A model generated the notes under the pieces. The model was not told the DNA's origin. It did not search any database and saw only the letters and a list, made by a program, of their open reading frames with translations. This document shows, piece by piece, positions 26,600 through 34,555 of a stretch of 37,746 bases of DNA; position 1 is the first letter of the stretch; every line of letters begins with the position of its first letter. Source of the DNA: a virus (taxonomy: Duplodnaviria > Caudoviricetes); IMG/VR virus record IMGVR_UViG_3300048847_000022, positions 1 to 37,746 of that record; one strand, 5' to 3'. A program made the position numbers and the translations under genes.

Positions 26600-26797
26600 G
26601 TGCGCCCGCCGTCCGACGAGACGATGGCCGCCTGGCGCCGGCTGCTGTTCGGGTTTCTCGGCCCGTACTCCGGCGCTGGCCTGATGATCTGGATGGTCCT
26701 CTCGCAGACCGCCACGCAGTGGAGCGTCGCAGCCGCGGGCGCACTGCTGCTGCTCAAGATCGGCGACCCGGGGAAGCCCGGCTCGCCGTCCGAATGA
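26600..26797 (+). CDS. Two-TM membrane protein (holin-like)
   Basis: Two hydrophobic segments; first gene of the lysis cassette. Confidence 0.6.
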   Translation: MRPPSDETMAAWRRLLFGFLGPYSGAGLMIWMVLSQTATQWSVAAAGALLLLKIGDPGKPGSPSE

Positions 26798-26862
26798 TGG
26801 CGCCCCAGGTGCTGTGGTTCACCATCGTCGCCGTCGCCAGCGTGACGGGGGTGCTCTCGTGA
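26794..26862 (+). CDS. Putative 21-22 aa single-TM micropeptide
   Basis: (M)MAPQVLWFTIVAVASVTGVLS; ATGA and GTGA overlaps at both ends fill the gap exactly. Confidence 0.45.
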   Translation: MMAPQVLWFTIVAVASVTGVLS

Positions 26863-27398
26863 ACCCGCTCCCGCGCCGCCGGCGCAGCGACCGCAAGGGC
26901 ATGCCGCTCCGCGACCGAGTCAGGTACCGAGCCGGCCGGATTCGCCTCGGCCTCAAGGAGTGGTCCGAGGTGCTCCTGCTGCTCGTGACGACGGTCGCCG
27001 TCATCTGCGCCGTCATCGCCACCGTCGTCGCTATCGGCACCTCGAGCGATGCGACGCAATCGGCGGGGAACGCTACGGCTGCAGCGGAGGACGCCACCGT
27101 CGCCGCCCGGCGAGCCGCCTCGATCGCCCGAGCCCAGAAGCGCGCGGACGACAGAGCCGTCGAGCGCGATGCCGCTCGCACGTACCAGCGGTGCGAGCAG
27201 ATCGAACCGGTCGCGTTCGTAGCGCAACTCGCGCTCGACGCGTCCCCGGAGATCCGGGCGAAGGTGCGACGTGCCCACCCGGAGTACTTCGACGAAGGGG
27301 GACAGCTGCCCGTCCCGGACTGCGAGCGGATCTACCCGCGCGGCTTCGCGGTCAGCGACCGCTACCCCGACCTCACGCCGACGAAGCCCGCGCCGTGA
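26859..27398 (+). CDS. Single-TM coiled-coil membrane protein (lysis accessory)
   Basis: Basic N-terminus, TM VLLLLVTTVAVICAVIATVVAIG, Ala-rich coil and two distal Cys. Confidence 0.7.
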   Translation: MNPLPRRRRSDRKGMPLRDRVRYRAGRIRLGLKEWSEVLLLLVTTVAVICAVIATVVAIGTSSDATQSAGNATAAAEDATVAARRAASIARAQKRADDRAVERDAARTYQRCEQIEPVAFVAQLALDASPEIRAKVRRAHPEYFDEGGQLPVPDCERIYPRGFAVSDRYPDLTPTKPAP

Positions 27399-27520
27399 GC
27401 GTCCTGCTGCACCGCGCCCTCGGCGCCTCCAACGCGGTCCTCGCCGGGCCGCCCCTCGTTCTGGCGGTCGCCCTTGGGCTGGCCCGCCACCACCACCGCA
27501 CCCGAAGGACCCACCGATGA
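27395..27520 (+). CDS. Putative 41-aa membrane peptide
   Basis: GTGA and ATGA overlaps at both ends; hydrophobic stretch followed by RHHHRTRRTHR. Confidence 0.45.
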   Translation: MSVLLHRALGASNAVLAGPPLVLAVALGLARHHHRTRRTHR

Positions 27521-27846
27521 CCCCCACCATCCCCATCGGCCTCGCCACGAAGGCCGGCCTCTCCGGCGCCGTCGGCCTGTTCGTCGCCGCGCTCGTGGCC
27601 ACCATCTCCGACCAGACGCCCGAAGCCATCGGCGCCCTCGCCGCCGCCACCCTCTCGCTCCTCACGGTGCTCGGCGGCCGGTACGCCCAGGCCGCTGCCG
27701 CCGCCGGCAAGGCCATCGACGCTGCGGCGGCCGACGCCGACGCCAGCCACGCCCCGCCCGGCATGCCCAGCGACGTGGACACCTCGCCGCTCGAGGCCGC
27801 AGACGGCGACCTCGAGACCCCGCCCGCCGACGTCGAGGGGGTCTGA
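27517..27846 (+). CDS. Holin-like two-TM protein
   Basis: Two TM helices and an acidic tail; immediately upstream of the endolysin. Confidence 0.7.
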   Translation: MTPTIPIGLATKAGLSGAVGLFVAALVATISDQTPEAIGALAAATLSLLTVLGGRYAQAAAAAGKAIDAAAADADASHAPPGMPSDVDTSPLEAADGDLETPPADVEGV

Positions 27847-27848
27847 CC

Positions 27849-28709
27849 ATGCCCCGCGTCTGGACGAAGAACGAGCGAGTCCACCGCGACCTCGTTACCG
27901 AGGCCCGCGGCGAGGACGTCCAGGACGTCCAGGCCGCCGGCGCCCGGCGGCTGGCAGCCCGCGGCTACGACGACGACTACCTCCCGAAGTCCGACGGCGA
28001 GATCGGGGGCGTCTCCCTGGCGCGCCTGGGAGACGCCCTCTACGCGCTCGGGGCTGCACCCGAGACCGTCAAGGCGTGCCGCGCTGGGAAGATCTCGATC
28101 GGTGCCCAGCGGATGATCCGCTACCCGGGCAACCGCACGGACGTGCAGCTCGCGCGAGCACGGAACCGCAAGGCCGAGGTGCGCTCGCGGGCGCGAGCTA
28201 CACGCAAGGCCGACGGCACGTTCGCCCCGAGCGGCTCCGTCGCGGCCCGCCGCGCCCGCGCAGCCCAGGCGGCGAAGTTCGCCCTCTCGCACTCCGGCCG
28301 TCGGTACTCGATGGGGGGCGATCGGTGGAACCCGATCGCGTCGAAGGCGAACCCGCAGACGGGCGCGATGTGGACCGTCGCGGACTGCTCGGCGTTCGCC
28401 ACCTGGGTCCTCTGGCACGCCCTCGATCGAGGGGCGCTGGCTGACATCGTGAACGGCCAGGGATGGCGCGCCGGCTACACCGGCACGATGGTCGAGCACG
28501 GCCGCGACGTCACCAACGGCCACTACCAGCCCGGCGACTGCGCGATCTACGGGACCTCGCGCTCGAACACGAAGCACGTGGTCATCTGCCACCAGGCCGG
28601 CACCGCGTCCACCGCACGATGGGCGTCGCACGGCTCGGCTGGCGGCCCGTACAACGTCGGCCTCCACTACCGCGGCGACCTCGTCGTCGTGAAGCGCTAC
28701 CTCGCCTAG
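27849..28709 (+). CDS. Endolysin, NlpC/P60-type peptidase with a PG-binding-like N-terminus
   Basis: RGEDVQDVQ...DGEIG N-terminus; ADCSAFATW, GYTGTM, QPGDCAIYG, KHVVI and SHGS motifs. Confidence 0.85.
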   Translation: MPRVWTKNERVHRDLVTEARGEDVQDVQAAGARRLAARGYDDDYLPKSDGEIGGVSLARLGDALYALGAAPETVKACRAGKISIGAQRMIRYPGNRTDVQLARARNRKAEVRSRARATRKADGTFAPSGSVAARRARAAQAAKFALSHSGRRYSMGGDRWNPIASKANPQTGAMWTVADCSAFATWVLWHALDRGALADIVNGQGWRAGYTGTMVEHGRDVTNGHYQPGDCAIYGTSRSNTKHVVICHQAGTASTARWASHGSAGGPYNVGLHYRGDLVVVKRYLA

Positions 28710-28730
28710 CCCGCACCCCGGCGCACGGCC

Positions 28731-28766
28731 AAGCCCCCGCCCACCATGGCGGGGGCTTTCGTCGTT
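28731..28766. terminator. Intrinsic terminator ending the late operon (possibly bidirectional)
   Basis: AAGCCCCCGCC-CACCAT-GGCGGGGGCTT followed by TCGTCGTT, between convergent genes. Confidence 0.8.
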
Positions 28767-29495
28767 CTAGGGCGTCGGCAGGGTGATCGGCCGGCCCGTG
28801 CCGTACCGCGTCTTGACGGTCAGCCGACGGTAGAAGCGCTGCCCGTTGACCTCGACCGGGCGCGACGCGGTCACCGTGGCGCGCACCCACTTCGGGCCAC
28901 CCTGCCCCGGGTGGAACGAGTACGCCCTGCCGGTCGCGCGCGCGACGCTCTTGCCCCACCCGCGCCAGCGCAGCTTCCGCAGGTCCGCCGCGTCGGCGAA
29001 CGAGTCGTCTGGCGCGAGCGTGAGGCACGACGACGGCCGGCGCGCCGTGATCTGTCGGCCCTTGCCCGCCTTCGAGTAGCGCCAGCACGTGAGCTGCGTG
29101 CGACTCGGCGGCACGGGCGGGTCGCAGACGTCGAGGTCACGCCCCACTCCCGCCGGGATCTCGTTCTCCGAGCACGGCCCCTTGCCGTCGTCGTTCGTCG
29201 AGAGCAGCTCGAGCCAGAAGCCCGGCTCGGCCCCGGCGGTGGTCAGGACCGTGAAGGCGTTCGCTGCGGAGCACCCCGCCGGGGCGGGCTCCGTCCGCTC
29301 GACGCGGGCATACCCGGCGTCGGCGTCCTTCGCCGTCGTGATCCTGACCGTCAGGCACGCCGCCGTCTCGCCGGTGTCCCGCGCGATCTGCGCGAGCTCG
29401 TCGGCCGTGGGCGCCCGAGAAGCGGACGCCGCGGTCGCGACAACGAGGGGAACCCCCGCCACGAGCATTGGAAGGGACAGCCACACGCGCCTCAT
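28767..29495 (-). CDS. Secreted Cys-containing protein (possible superinfection exclusion or lysogenic conversion)
   Basis: Signal peptide MRRVWLSLPMLVAGVPLVVATAASA, multiple Cys residues and a LRWRGWGKSVARATG domain; TACGAT lies 8 nt upstream of the ATG. Confidence 0.75.
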   Translation of the reverse strand: MRRVWLSLPMLVAGVPLVVATAASASRAPTADELAQIARDTGETAACLTVRITTAKDADAGYARVERTEPAPAGCSAANAFTVLTTAGAEPGFWLELLSTNDDGKGPCSENEIPAGVGRDLDVCDPPVPPSRTQLTCWRYSKAGKGRQITARRPSSCLTLAPDDSFADAADLRKLRWRGWGKSVARATGRAYSFHPGQGGPKWVRATVTASRPVEVNGQRFYRRLTVKTRYGTGRPITLPTP

Positions 29496-29634
29496 GGCGG
29501 TGCATCGTACGCCGTCTGCATCTAGGGGGCGAGACTCTGGACGCCTGGGGTCATAGAGGAGTGGGCCGTCGCCGGTGCGCACGGGCGAAGGAGCTAGCGA
29601 CCGCGCGGCCCATCTCGTGGCCTAGCTTCCGCCC

Positions 29635-29835
29635 ATGGACTCGTTGAGGAAGGAAGACGTGTTGCTCGTCCGGGATGTTGCAGAGCTCATGCGCTGCTCG
29701 ACGCGAACGGTGGTGCGCTGCGTGGACCGCGGGGAGATCCCGGCGGTCAGGTTCGGGGGGCGACTGCTGTTCGTGCGTGATCAGGTAGAGGCCGCGATCC
29801 GCGGACTCAGCACACCGTCCGGGGAGCCAGCATGA
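29635..29835 (+). CDS. Excisionase-like HTH_17 protein
   Basis: LLVRDVAELMRCSTRTVVRCVDRGEIPAVRFGGRLLF; TAGCTT-N6-ATG leaderless promoter. Confidence 0.85.
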   Translation: MDSLRKEDVLLVRDVAELMRCSTRTVVRCVDRGEIPAVRFGGRLLFVRDQVEAAIRGLSTPSGEPA

Positions 29836-30110
29836 CGGACGACCGAGCGAGCGAGGTGGAACGCCTCGTTGAGCGCCTTGCGCGCATCGAGACTCTGCTC
29901 GAGATGTCGACGATCCCACGCGTGACGGTCTCACGGGAGACAGCGGCAGCCTCTCTTGGTATCAGCCTCAAGTCCTTCGATCGGTACGTCCGCGACTCCA
30001 TCCCGAAGGTGCGGATCGGAACCAAGGCCCTCTATCGACCGAGCGACCTCGCCGCCTGGGCCGAGAAACACGCGTGCGAGGTGACCGCCCCTCGCCGGCG
30101 GCGTCACTAG
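29832..30110 (+). CDS. Second Xis/MerR-like winged HTH protein
   Basis: VSRETAAASLGISLKSFDRYV...VRIGTKALYRPSDLAAW; ATGA coupling. Confidence 0.8.
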   Translation: MTDDRASEVERLVERLARIETLLEMSTIPRVTVSRETAAASLGISLKSFDRYVRDSIPKVRIGTKALYRPSDLAAWAEKHACEVTAPRRRRH

Positions 30111-30865
30111 CGCGGCTCGTCGGGTGCCTCTTCGCCGCGCGCGTCGGGATCGCCGTTGAGCCCGCGGCGAGCGGCGATGTTCTGCATCACGTGGATGCGG
30201 ATGTCGTGGAGGTACTCCTCGTCGAGCTCCGCCTCGACGCGGCGCACGACCTCGGCGGGGACCGCGCGCTCGAGGAAGTCGAGCTGGTGCGACATGCGCT
30301 CCAGCATCCGCTGCATCTGGTCGAGCCTCTCGAGGATCGGGTCGTCGCCCTCGTCCTCCTCCTCGTCCGGCAGCAGCCGCTCCGCGGGACCGAACTCGAG
30401 CACTTCGGCGAGTAGGCGAAGGTTCGGCTCCGAGACCTCGACCGTGCCGTTCTCCCAGTTCTGGACGGTAGACACCGAGACACCGAGGGCGTCCGCCACC
30501 TGCTGGCGAGTGAGCTTCAAGACGTTCTCGCGGTGGTCACGCAGCTCGTGCCCGAAGAAGATCCGCTTGTAGCCAGGGATCTCCTCCTCCGGGAGGTCCT
30601 CGTGCATGTTGAACTTCGGCCCCGCCGTGCCGTCGAAGTCGGGCCAGAGGGCATCGGGCTCGACGCCGAGCACGTCGGCCATCCGCCGCACGTGCATGGA
30701 GCTAGGGCGACGTTCGAGGTTCCGCCAGTACCGGAGCGTCTGCGTCGACACGTTGAGCGCCTTCGCCAGCTCCGTCATCGGCATCTTGAGCTCCTTCGCG
30801 CGGGCGGTGAACGCTTCCGCGAAACGCTTCCTCTCCTCGACTTGGGACGACGGCTTGGGCTCCAT
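30107..30865 (-). CDS. Immunity repressor with two XRE HTH domains and a coiled-coil C-terminus
   Basis: MTELAKALNVSTQTLRYW and TRQQVADALGVSVSTVQNWENG HTHs; no S24 peptidase domain seen; divergent from the early operon. Confidence 0.88.
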   Translation of the reverse strand: MEPKPSSQVEERKRFAEAFTARAKELKMPMTELAKALNVSTQTLRYWRNLERRPSSMHVRRMADVLGVEPDALWPDFDGTAGPKFNMHEDLPEEEIPGYKRIFFGHELRDHRENVLKLTRQQVADALGVSVSTVQNWENGTVEVSEPNLRLLAEVLEFGPAERLLPDEEEDEGDDPILERLDQMQRMLERMSHQLDFLERAVPAEVVRRVEAELDEEYLHDIRIHVMQNIAARRGLNGDPDARGEEAPDEPR

Positions 30866-30949
30866 AACAGGAGCCTACGACAGATTGCGCAACCAGCGAT
30901 GTCTGCAACATTGGTTGCGCAACCGGCAGCGGTGGCGTACGCTCCGCCT
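30866..30949. promoter_or_regulatory. Divergent switch promoters with TTGCGCAA operators
   Basis: GATTGCGCAACC (30883-30894) and perfect GGTTGCGCAACC (30913-30924). Rightward TTGCGC-N17-TACGCT-N6-GTG; leftward TAGGCT-N6-ATG. Confidence 0.8.
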
Positions 30950-31123
30950 GTGACCACAACAACCAGCGCTGGTTTGCGCCAGATCCCCGCTCGTGTCGCT
31001 CCCGCCGACCACCGGCGCATGACCGAGCTCGCTCGGTCGAGCGGCCGGCGTGTCGGCGAGGAGTACCGCGCGGCCGTAGCCGCGTGGCTCGCAGATCACA
31101 CCGCACCCACCACCGCACCCTAG
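30950..31123 (+). CDS. Arc/RHH-like DNA-binding protein in the Cro position (57 aa)
   Basis: LRQIPARVAPADHRRMTELARSSGRRVGEEYRAAVAAWL ribbon-helix-helix pattern; leaderless GTG start. Confidence 0.75.
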   Translation: MTTTTSAGLRQIPARVAPADHRRMTELARSSGRRVGEEYRAAVAAWLADHTAPTTAP

Positions 31124-31136
31124 CCCCAGAAACAAG

Positions 31137-31169
31137 CGAACCCCGCACGGCGGCCACCGGCGGGGTTCG
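31137..31169 (+). terminator. Stem-loop after the Cro-equivalent (tR1-like or processing site)
   Basis: CGAACCCCGC/GCGGGGTTCG 10-bp stem; lacks a U-tract. Confidence 0.45.
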
Positions 31170-31186
31170 AACCTCAAGGAATCACT

Positions 31187-31816
31187 ATGCAGACTACACA
31201 CCAGGTCGGCCTGTCGTCGACCGCACCCTCCTCCATCACTCTCGACGAGCACGAGCGGCGCATCCTTCGCCAGAACGGCGATGTCGGCCTCGGTCGGATC
31301 GAGGGCGAGATGGTCGGCTGCCACTCGGGCCCGGAGACCGTCCAGCGGCTCCGGGTCGCGGTCCTCGTGGCGGACCACATCGGTGCCGGCGCCGAAGACG
31401 ACGAGCCCGGCGAGCGGACCATCACGGACCCCATCGTCATCCGCGACCTGCGGTCCGGGATCTTCGAGAGCCTGCACGGCGGCTTCGCCGACGACGCGTA
31501 CGACTTCTGCGACCCCGAGGACCGCCCGACCCAGATCGAAATCGAGCGCAAGCTCGGCATCGACCGCTTCGCCATCGCGGCGCACTACGGCGTCGAGCTG
31601 GACGAGTCGAGCGCCCCGGAGGATCGACGCCGCTCCCGCGGTGCGCAGAGCGACATCGGCTTCTACGTCGCCCGCACGCTTGAGGAGAAGGTGGGAGAGG
31701 TCGCCGACGACCTCGACGACCGGTCGTGGGCCTTGGTCGCCCGGGTAGACGCTGCCCTCTGCGCCCTCCGTGGGAGGCCCGCGGACATCAAGATCCCCGC
31801 GGGGGTGCAGGCGTGA
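31187..31816 (+). CDS. Hypothetical early protein
   Basis: AAGGA SD; GC3-rich ORF coupled to the next gene. Confidence 0.7.
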   Translation: MQTTHQVGLSSTAPSSITLDEHERRILRQNGDVGLGRIEGEMVGCHSGPETVQRLRVAVLVADHIGAGAEDDEPGERTITDPIVIRDLRSGIFESLHGGFADDAYDFCDPEDRPTQIEIERKLGIDRFAIAAHYGVELDESSAPEDRRRSRGAQSDIGFYVARTLEEKVGEVADDLDDRSWALVARVDAALCALRGRPADIKIPAGVQA

Positions 31817-32139
31817 GCCGCTTTCGTACCTGCGACTTCTGCGGTCACGACATCCTGGCCGGCGAGCACTCCGTGACGATGTCCGTGAGGTTCGACCACC
31901 CCTCGGACGTCCGGCTCGACTCGATCGTCGGCGACTACCATTTTTCGCGTCAGCAGCCCTGCTACCAGCAGGTCACCGAGGCGGTCCTGCTGACGCATGA
32001 GTTCGGCGGGGCGATCGAACAGATCCCGGTCACGTCCAGCCAGTCCGTCGCGCAGAAGCGACGCCGACACACGCGACCCCCCCTCGACCCGTCGGCTCTC
32101 CCGCAGGGTGACGACGGCGCGGAGCAGGTGACGGCATGA
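31813..32139 (+). CDS. Hypothetical Zn-binding protein
   Basis: GTGA coupling; CDFC ... HFSRQQPC. Confidence 0.65.
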   Translation: MSRFRTCDFCGHDILAGEHSVTMSVRFDHPSDVRLDSIVGDYHFSRQQPCYQQVTEAVLLTHEFGGAIEQIPVTSSQSVAQKRRRHTRPPLDPSALPQGDDGAEQVTA

Positions 32140-32438
32140 GCGCCCTCGCCCGCAGCTACGCCGGGGACCCGCTCATCCCGGCCGATGCCCTCTCTATCTG
32201 GCTGCGCGCCCGGCCGGAGAGCAACCGAGAGATCCAGCTCCGCACCCAGCTCAACGAGCGACGCATCGGCGGCTTCCGCCGCGGCGAGTACCACCGCGTG
32301 ACGGTCGGCCTCGCCGACCGCATCGTGACCGCCCTCGGCGGTCACATCAACGACGTATGGCCGGACCTCGACGAGGTCATCGATCAGGCGCTCTCCGCGC
32401 CGCACCAGAACACCAACCGAGAGGCGATGGCCGCATGA
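32136..32438 (+). CDS. XRE-like HTH protein
   Basis: SNREIQLRTQLNERRIGGFRRGEYHRVTVGLADRIVTALGGHINDVWPD. Confidence 0.7.
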   Translation: MSALARSYAGDPLIPADALSIWLRARPESNREIQLRTQLNERRIGGFRRGEYHRVTVGLADRIVTALGGHINDVWPDLDEVIDQALSAPHQNTNREAMAA

Positions 32439-32917
32439 GCACCCCCACCATCACCATTCCCACCGTCGACGCCGAGAGCATCCGCGGCCTCGCCGCCGCG
32501 CTCACCGTCGCTTCGAGGGCCGACGGGAGCGACGCGCTTGCGACGCTGGTCAACGCGCTGATGCCGCACATCGACGTCTACCTGCGCACCGCCCGCGGGG
32601 AGGCGGCGCCTCCGCCTCCGTCTCCTTCCGTTGTTCGCGAGCCCCGCATCTCAGACGTACCCGAGGTCCGGACGATCGCCGAGATCTCTGCCAGGCGGGT
32701 CGCTGAGCGCGCGATGATGGAGGGCCCTGCCCGTCTCGGGGGTGCGGCACTGGAGGCGCTCTCGTGCGTCGAGAGCGCGCGGCGCGTCCTGATGCAGGAC
32801 CACGCCCTCGGCCGGTCACAGGACCCCGGTACCCAGACCGCGTGCGACTCCATCGCGTGGCGCCTGCGTGACGCCGCGAAGCTGCTCGAAACCGGCACTC
32901 GGAACCCGGGCGCCTGA
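32435..32917 (+). CDS. Hypothetical protein
   Basis: ATGA-coupled start MSTPTITIP; stop coupled to the next gene. Confidence 0.6.
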   Translation: MSTPTITIPTVDAESIRGLAAALTVASRADGSDALATLVNALMPHIDVYLRTARGEAAPPPPSPSVVREPRISDVPEVRTIAEISARRVAERAMMEGPARLGGAALEALSCVESARRVLMQDHALGRSQDPGTQTACDSIAWRLRDAAKLLETGTRNPGA

Positions 32918-33108
32918 TGGGCATCGCGCACCAGCGGGCCGCCGATGCGCTGGCCCGCGTCATGGAGGCCCGCACCGGCCGGCGCTACGTCGGGATCGTG
33001 AAGCCCCGTCAGGCGGACGGCAGCGTTGCTGGCGTCAGCCCCGAGGAGCTTCGTCGACGGACCCATGCGGCGATTGGCGAGAAGACGGACGGGACAAGCA
33101 GCCGATGA
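32917..33108 (+). CDS. Hypothetical protein (63 aa)
   Basis: Overlapping start/stop at both ends. Confidence 0.6.
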   Translation: MGIAHQRAADALARVMEARTGRRYVGIVKPRQADGSVAGVSPEELRRRTHAAIGEKTDGTSSR

Positions 33109-34034
33109 GCAAGGCCGCGTCGTACAACGAAGTCCGTCAGGACTACTGGGAGGATACGGTCGAGTGGCCCCTCGATGAGCGCGTCGTCGCGATCTACCTC
33201 CTGACGTCGCGCTACCGGAACACGGAGGGTCTGTTCCGCCTGCGGATCGAGCAGGTAGTCCTCGACCTCGATCAGCTTGGGGCGGACCGCGTTCGGCAGG
33301 CCGTCACGTCGCTCGAACAGCGCGGCTGGCTGGTGCAGGAGCGCGGTTGGATGCTTCTCGTCAACGGCCTCCGGTGGGCGCGAAACAAGAGCGAGAACAA
33401 CGCCATTGGAGCGGCGCGGGTCGTCGAAGCGGTCCCCCGCGACTCCCACGTCTGGGCCATGTTCTGCGACGCCGCGGCCCGCTACTGGCCGGCGCTGCGC
33501 ACACGCCTTGACGACCCCCTTGGGACCCCCTCGGAAGGGGGTCCCAAGGGGGTCGTCACCCCGTCGCGACGAGGTGGTTCCTCTACTCACCTCTCCTCTC
33601 CTCCTACTCAGCTCTCCTCGGCTCGTCTCTCCGCCACCGCGGGCGAGCGCGCAAGCGCGGTGGCGGCGGAGGCGGCGACACAGCGGCGGGCAGCGATGAT
33701 GCCCGCGATCCGGGAAGCGCTCACCGCGGCCGGGTACGACCGTCTAGTCGTCGAGCAGAGCGACGGCGCGATCGTCGCGGTGCTGCACGAGCTGCAGCCG
33801 CCGACCGACGTCGACTGGTTCCGCGTCGGGCAGGAGGTTCGGCGGCTGCGGGAGGCGGGGACCCTTCGGCGTGACCGGCCCGACTCGGCGCTCAAGTTCG
33901 TCGGCAAGGGCGCGAACGGCTTCCCGCGTATCAACCAGCCCGGGGGGACCGGGGTCCAGTGCGGCGGCGTCATCGAGAAGACGCGGGCGCAGGCGCAGCG
34001 CCTGGCCGAGCGTGAACCCGGGCGGGCGGCATGA
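33105..34034 (+). CDS. Phage replication initiator protein
   Basis: YNEVRQDYWED...AIYLLTSRYRNTEGLFRL winged-helix-type N-terminus, low-complexity ori-containing linker; upstream of loader and DnaB. Confidence 0.8.
   Translation: MSKAASYNEVRQDYWEDTVEWPLDERVVAIYLLTSRYRNTEGLFRLRIEQVVLDLDQLGADRVRQAVTSLEQRGWLVQERGWMLLVNGLRWARNKSENNAIGAARVVEAVPRDSHVWAMFCDAAARYWPALRTRLDDPLGTPSEGGPKGVVTPSRRGGSSTHLSSPPTQLSSARLSATAGERASAVAAEAATQRRAAMMPAIREALTAAGYDRLVVEQSDGAIVAVLHELQPPTDVDWFRVGQEVRRLREAGTLRRDRPDSALKFVGKGANGFPRINQPGGTGVQCGGVIEKTRAQAQRLAEREPGRAA
33509..33632. repeat. Putative replication origin: 23-bp perfect inverted repeat plus pyrimidine tract
   Basis: TGACGACCCCCTTGGGACCCCCT-CGGA-AGGGGGTCCCAAGGGGGTCGTCA (33509-33558), followed by a CT-rich strand-biased tract at ~33581-33632. 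Confidence 0.7.
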
Positions 34035-34555
34035 CCGCCGCCGAGGTGTCGGTCATGTGGGGCGTCGCGATGACGCTCTGGCCGAACACGAAGCCGCTCG
34101 ACGACGACCAGTGCGTGATCGTCGCCGAGACCATGCCCGACGTCGGGCTGCCGCAGGCCCTCGCGGTTCTCCGGTCCCGTGCCCGGCAGGGTGGCCGCTT
34201 CGCCCCCAACCCCGGGGAGATCGTCGCCGACGTCGAGCGGGCGACCAACCCCCAGATGCCGTGGCCGGACGCCCTGCGCGTGATCCGCGAGGCCGCGTCG
34301 CGATTCGGCCCCCGAGGCGAGGGCCGGGCCGTCGCGTGGCTCCGCGGACGCGACGACGGTCTCGCCGCCTGGGTCGAGTCGTTCGGGTGGTACCGCCTCG
34401 CCATGGCGGAGATCGACAGCACGACGTACGGCGGACGGGTGCAGAGCGAGCTCGCCGCGTCGTACGCTGCGCGCACCCAGACGCGTCGCGTCGACCGTGC
34501 CGTTCTCGGCGCCTGCCGCCCCGCCGCGCGCCAGATCGACGGGGGTGCCCGGTGA
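34031..34555 (+). CDS. Replicative helicase loader/inhibitor (SPP1 G39P-like)
   Basis: MTAAEV...LWPN, RFAPNPGEIV, REAASRFG and VESFGWYRL; lies between initiator and DnaB. Confidence 0.7.
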   Translation: MTAAEVSVMWGVAMTLWPNTKPLDDDQCVIVAETMPDVGLPQALAVLRSRARQGGRFAPNPGEIVADVERATNPQMPWPDALRVIREAASRFGPRGEGRAVAWLRGRDDGLAAWVESFGWYRLAMAEIDSTTYGGRVQSELAASYAARTQTRRVDRAVLGACRPAARQIDGGAR

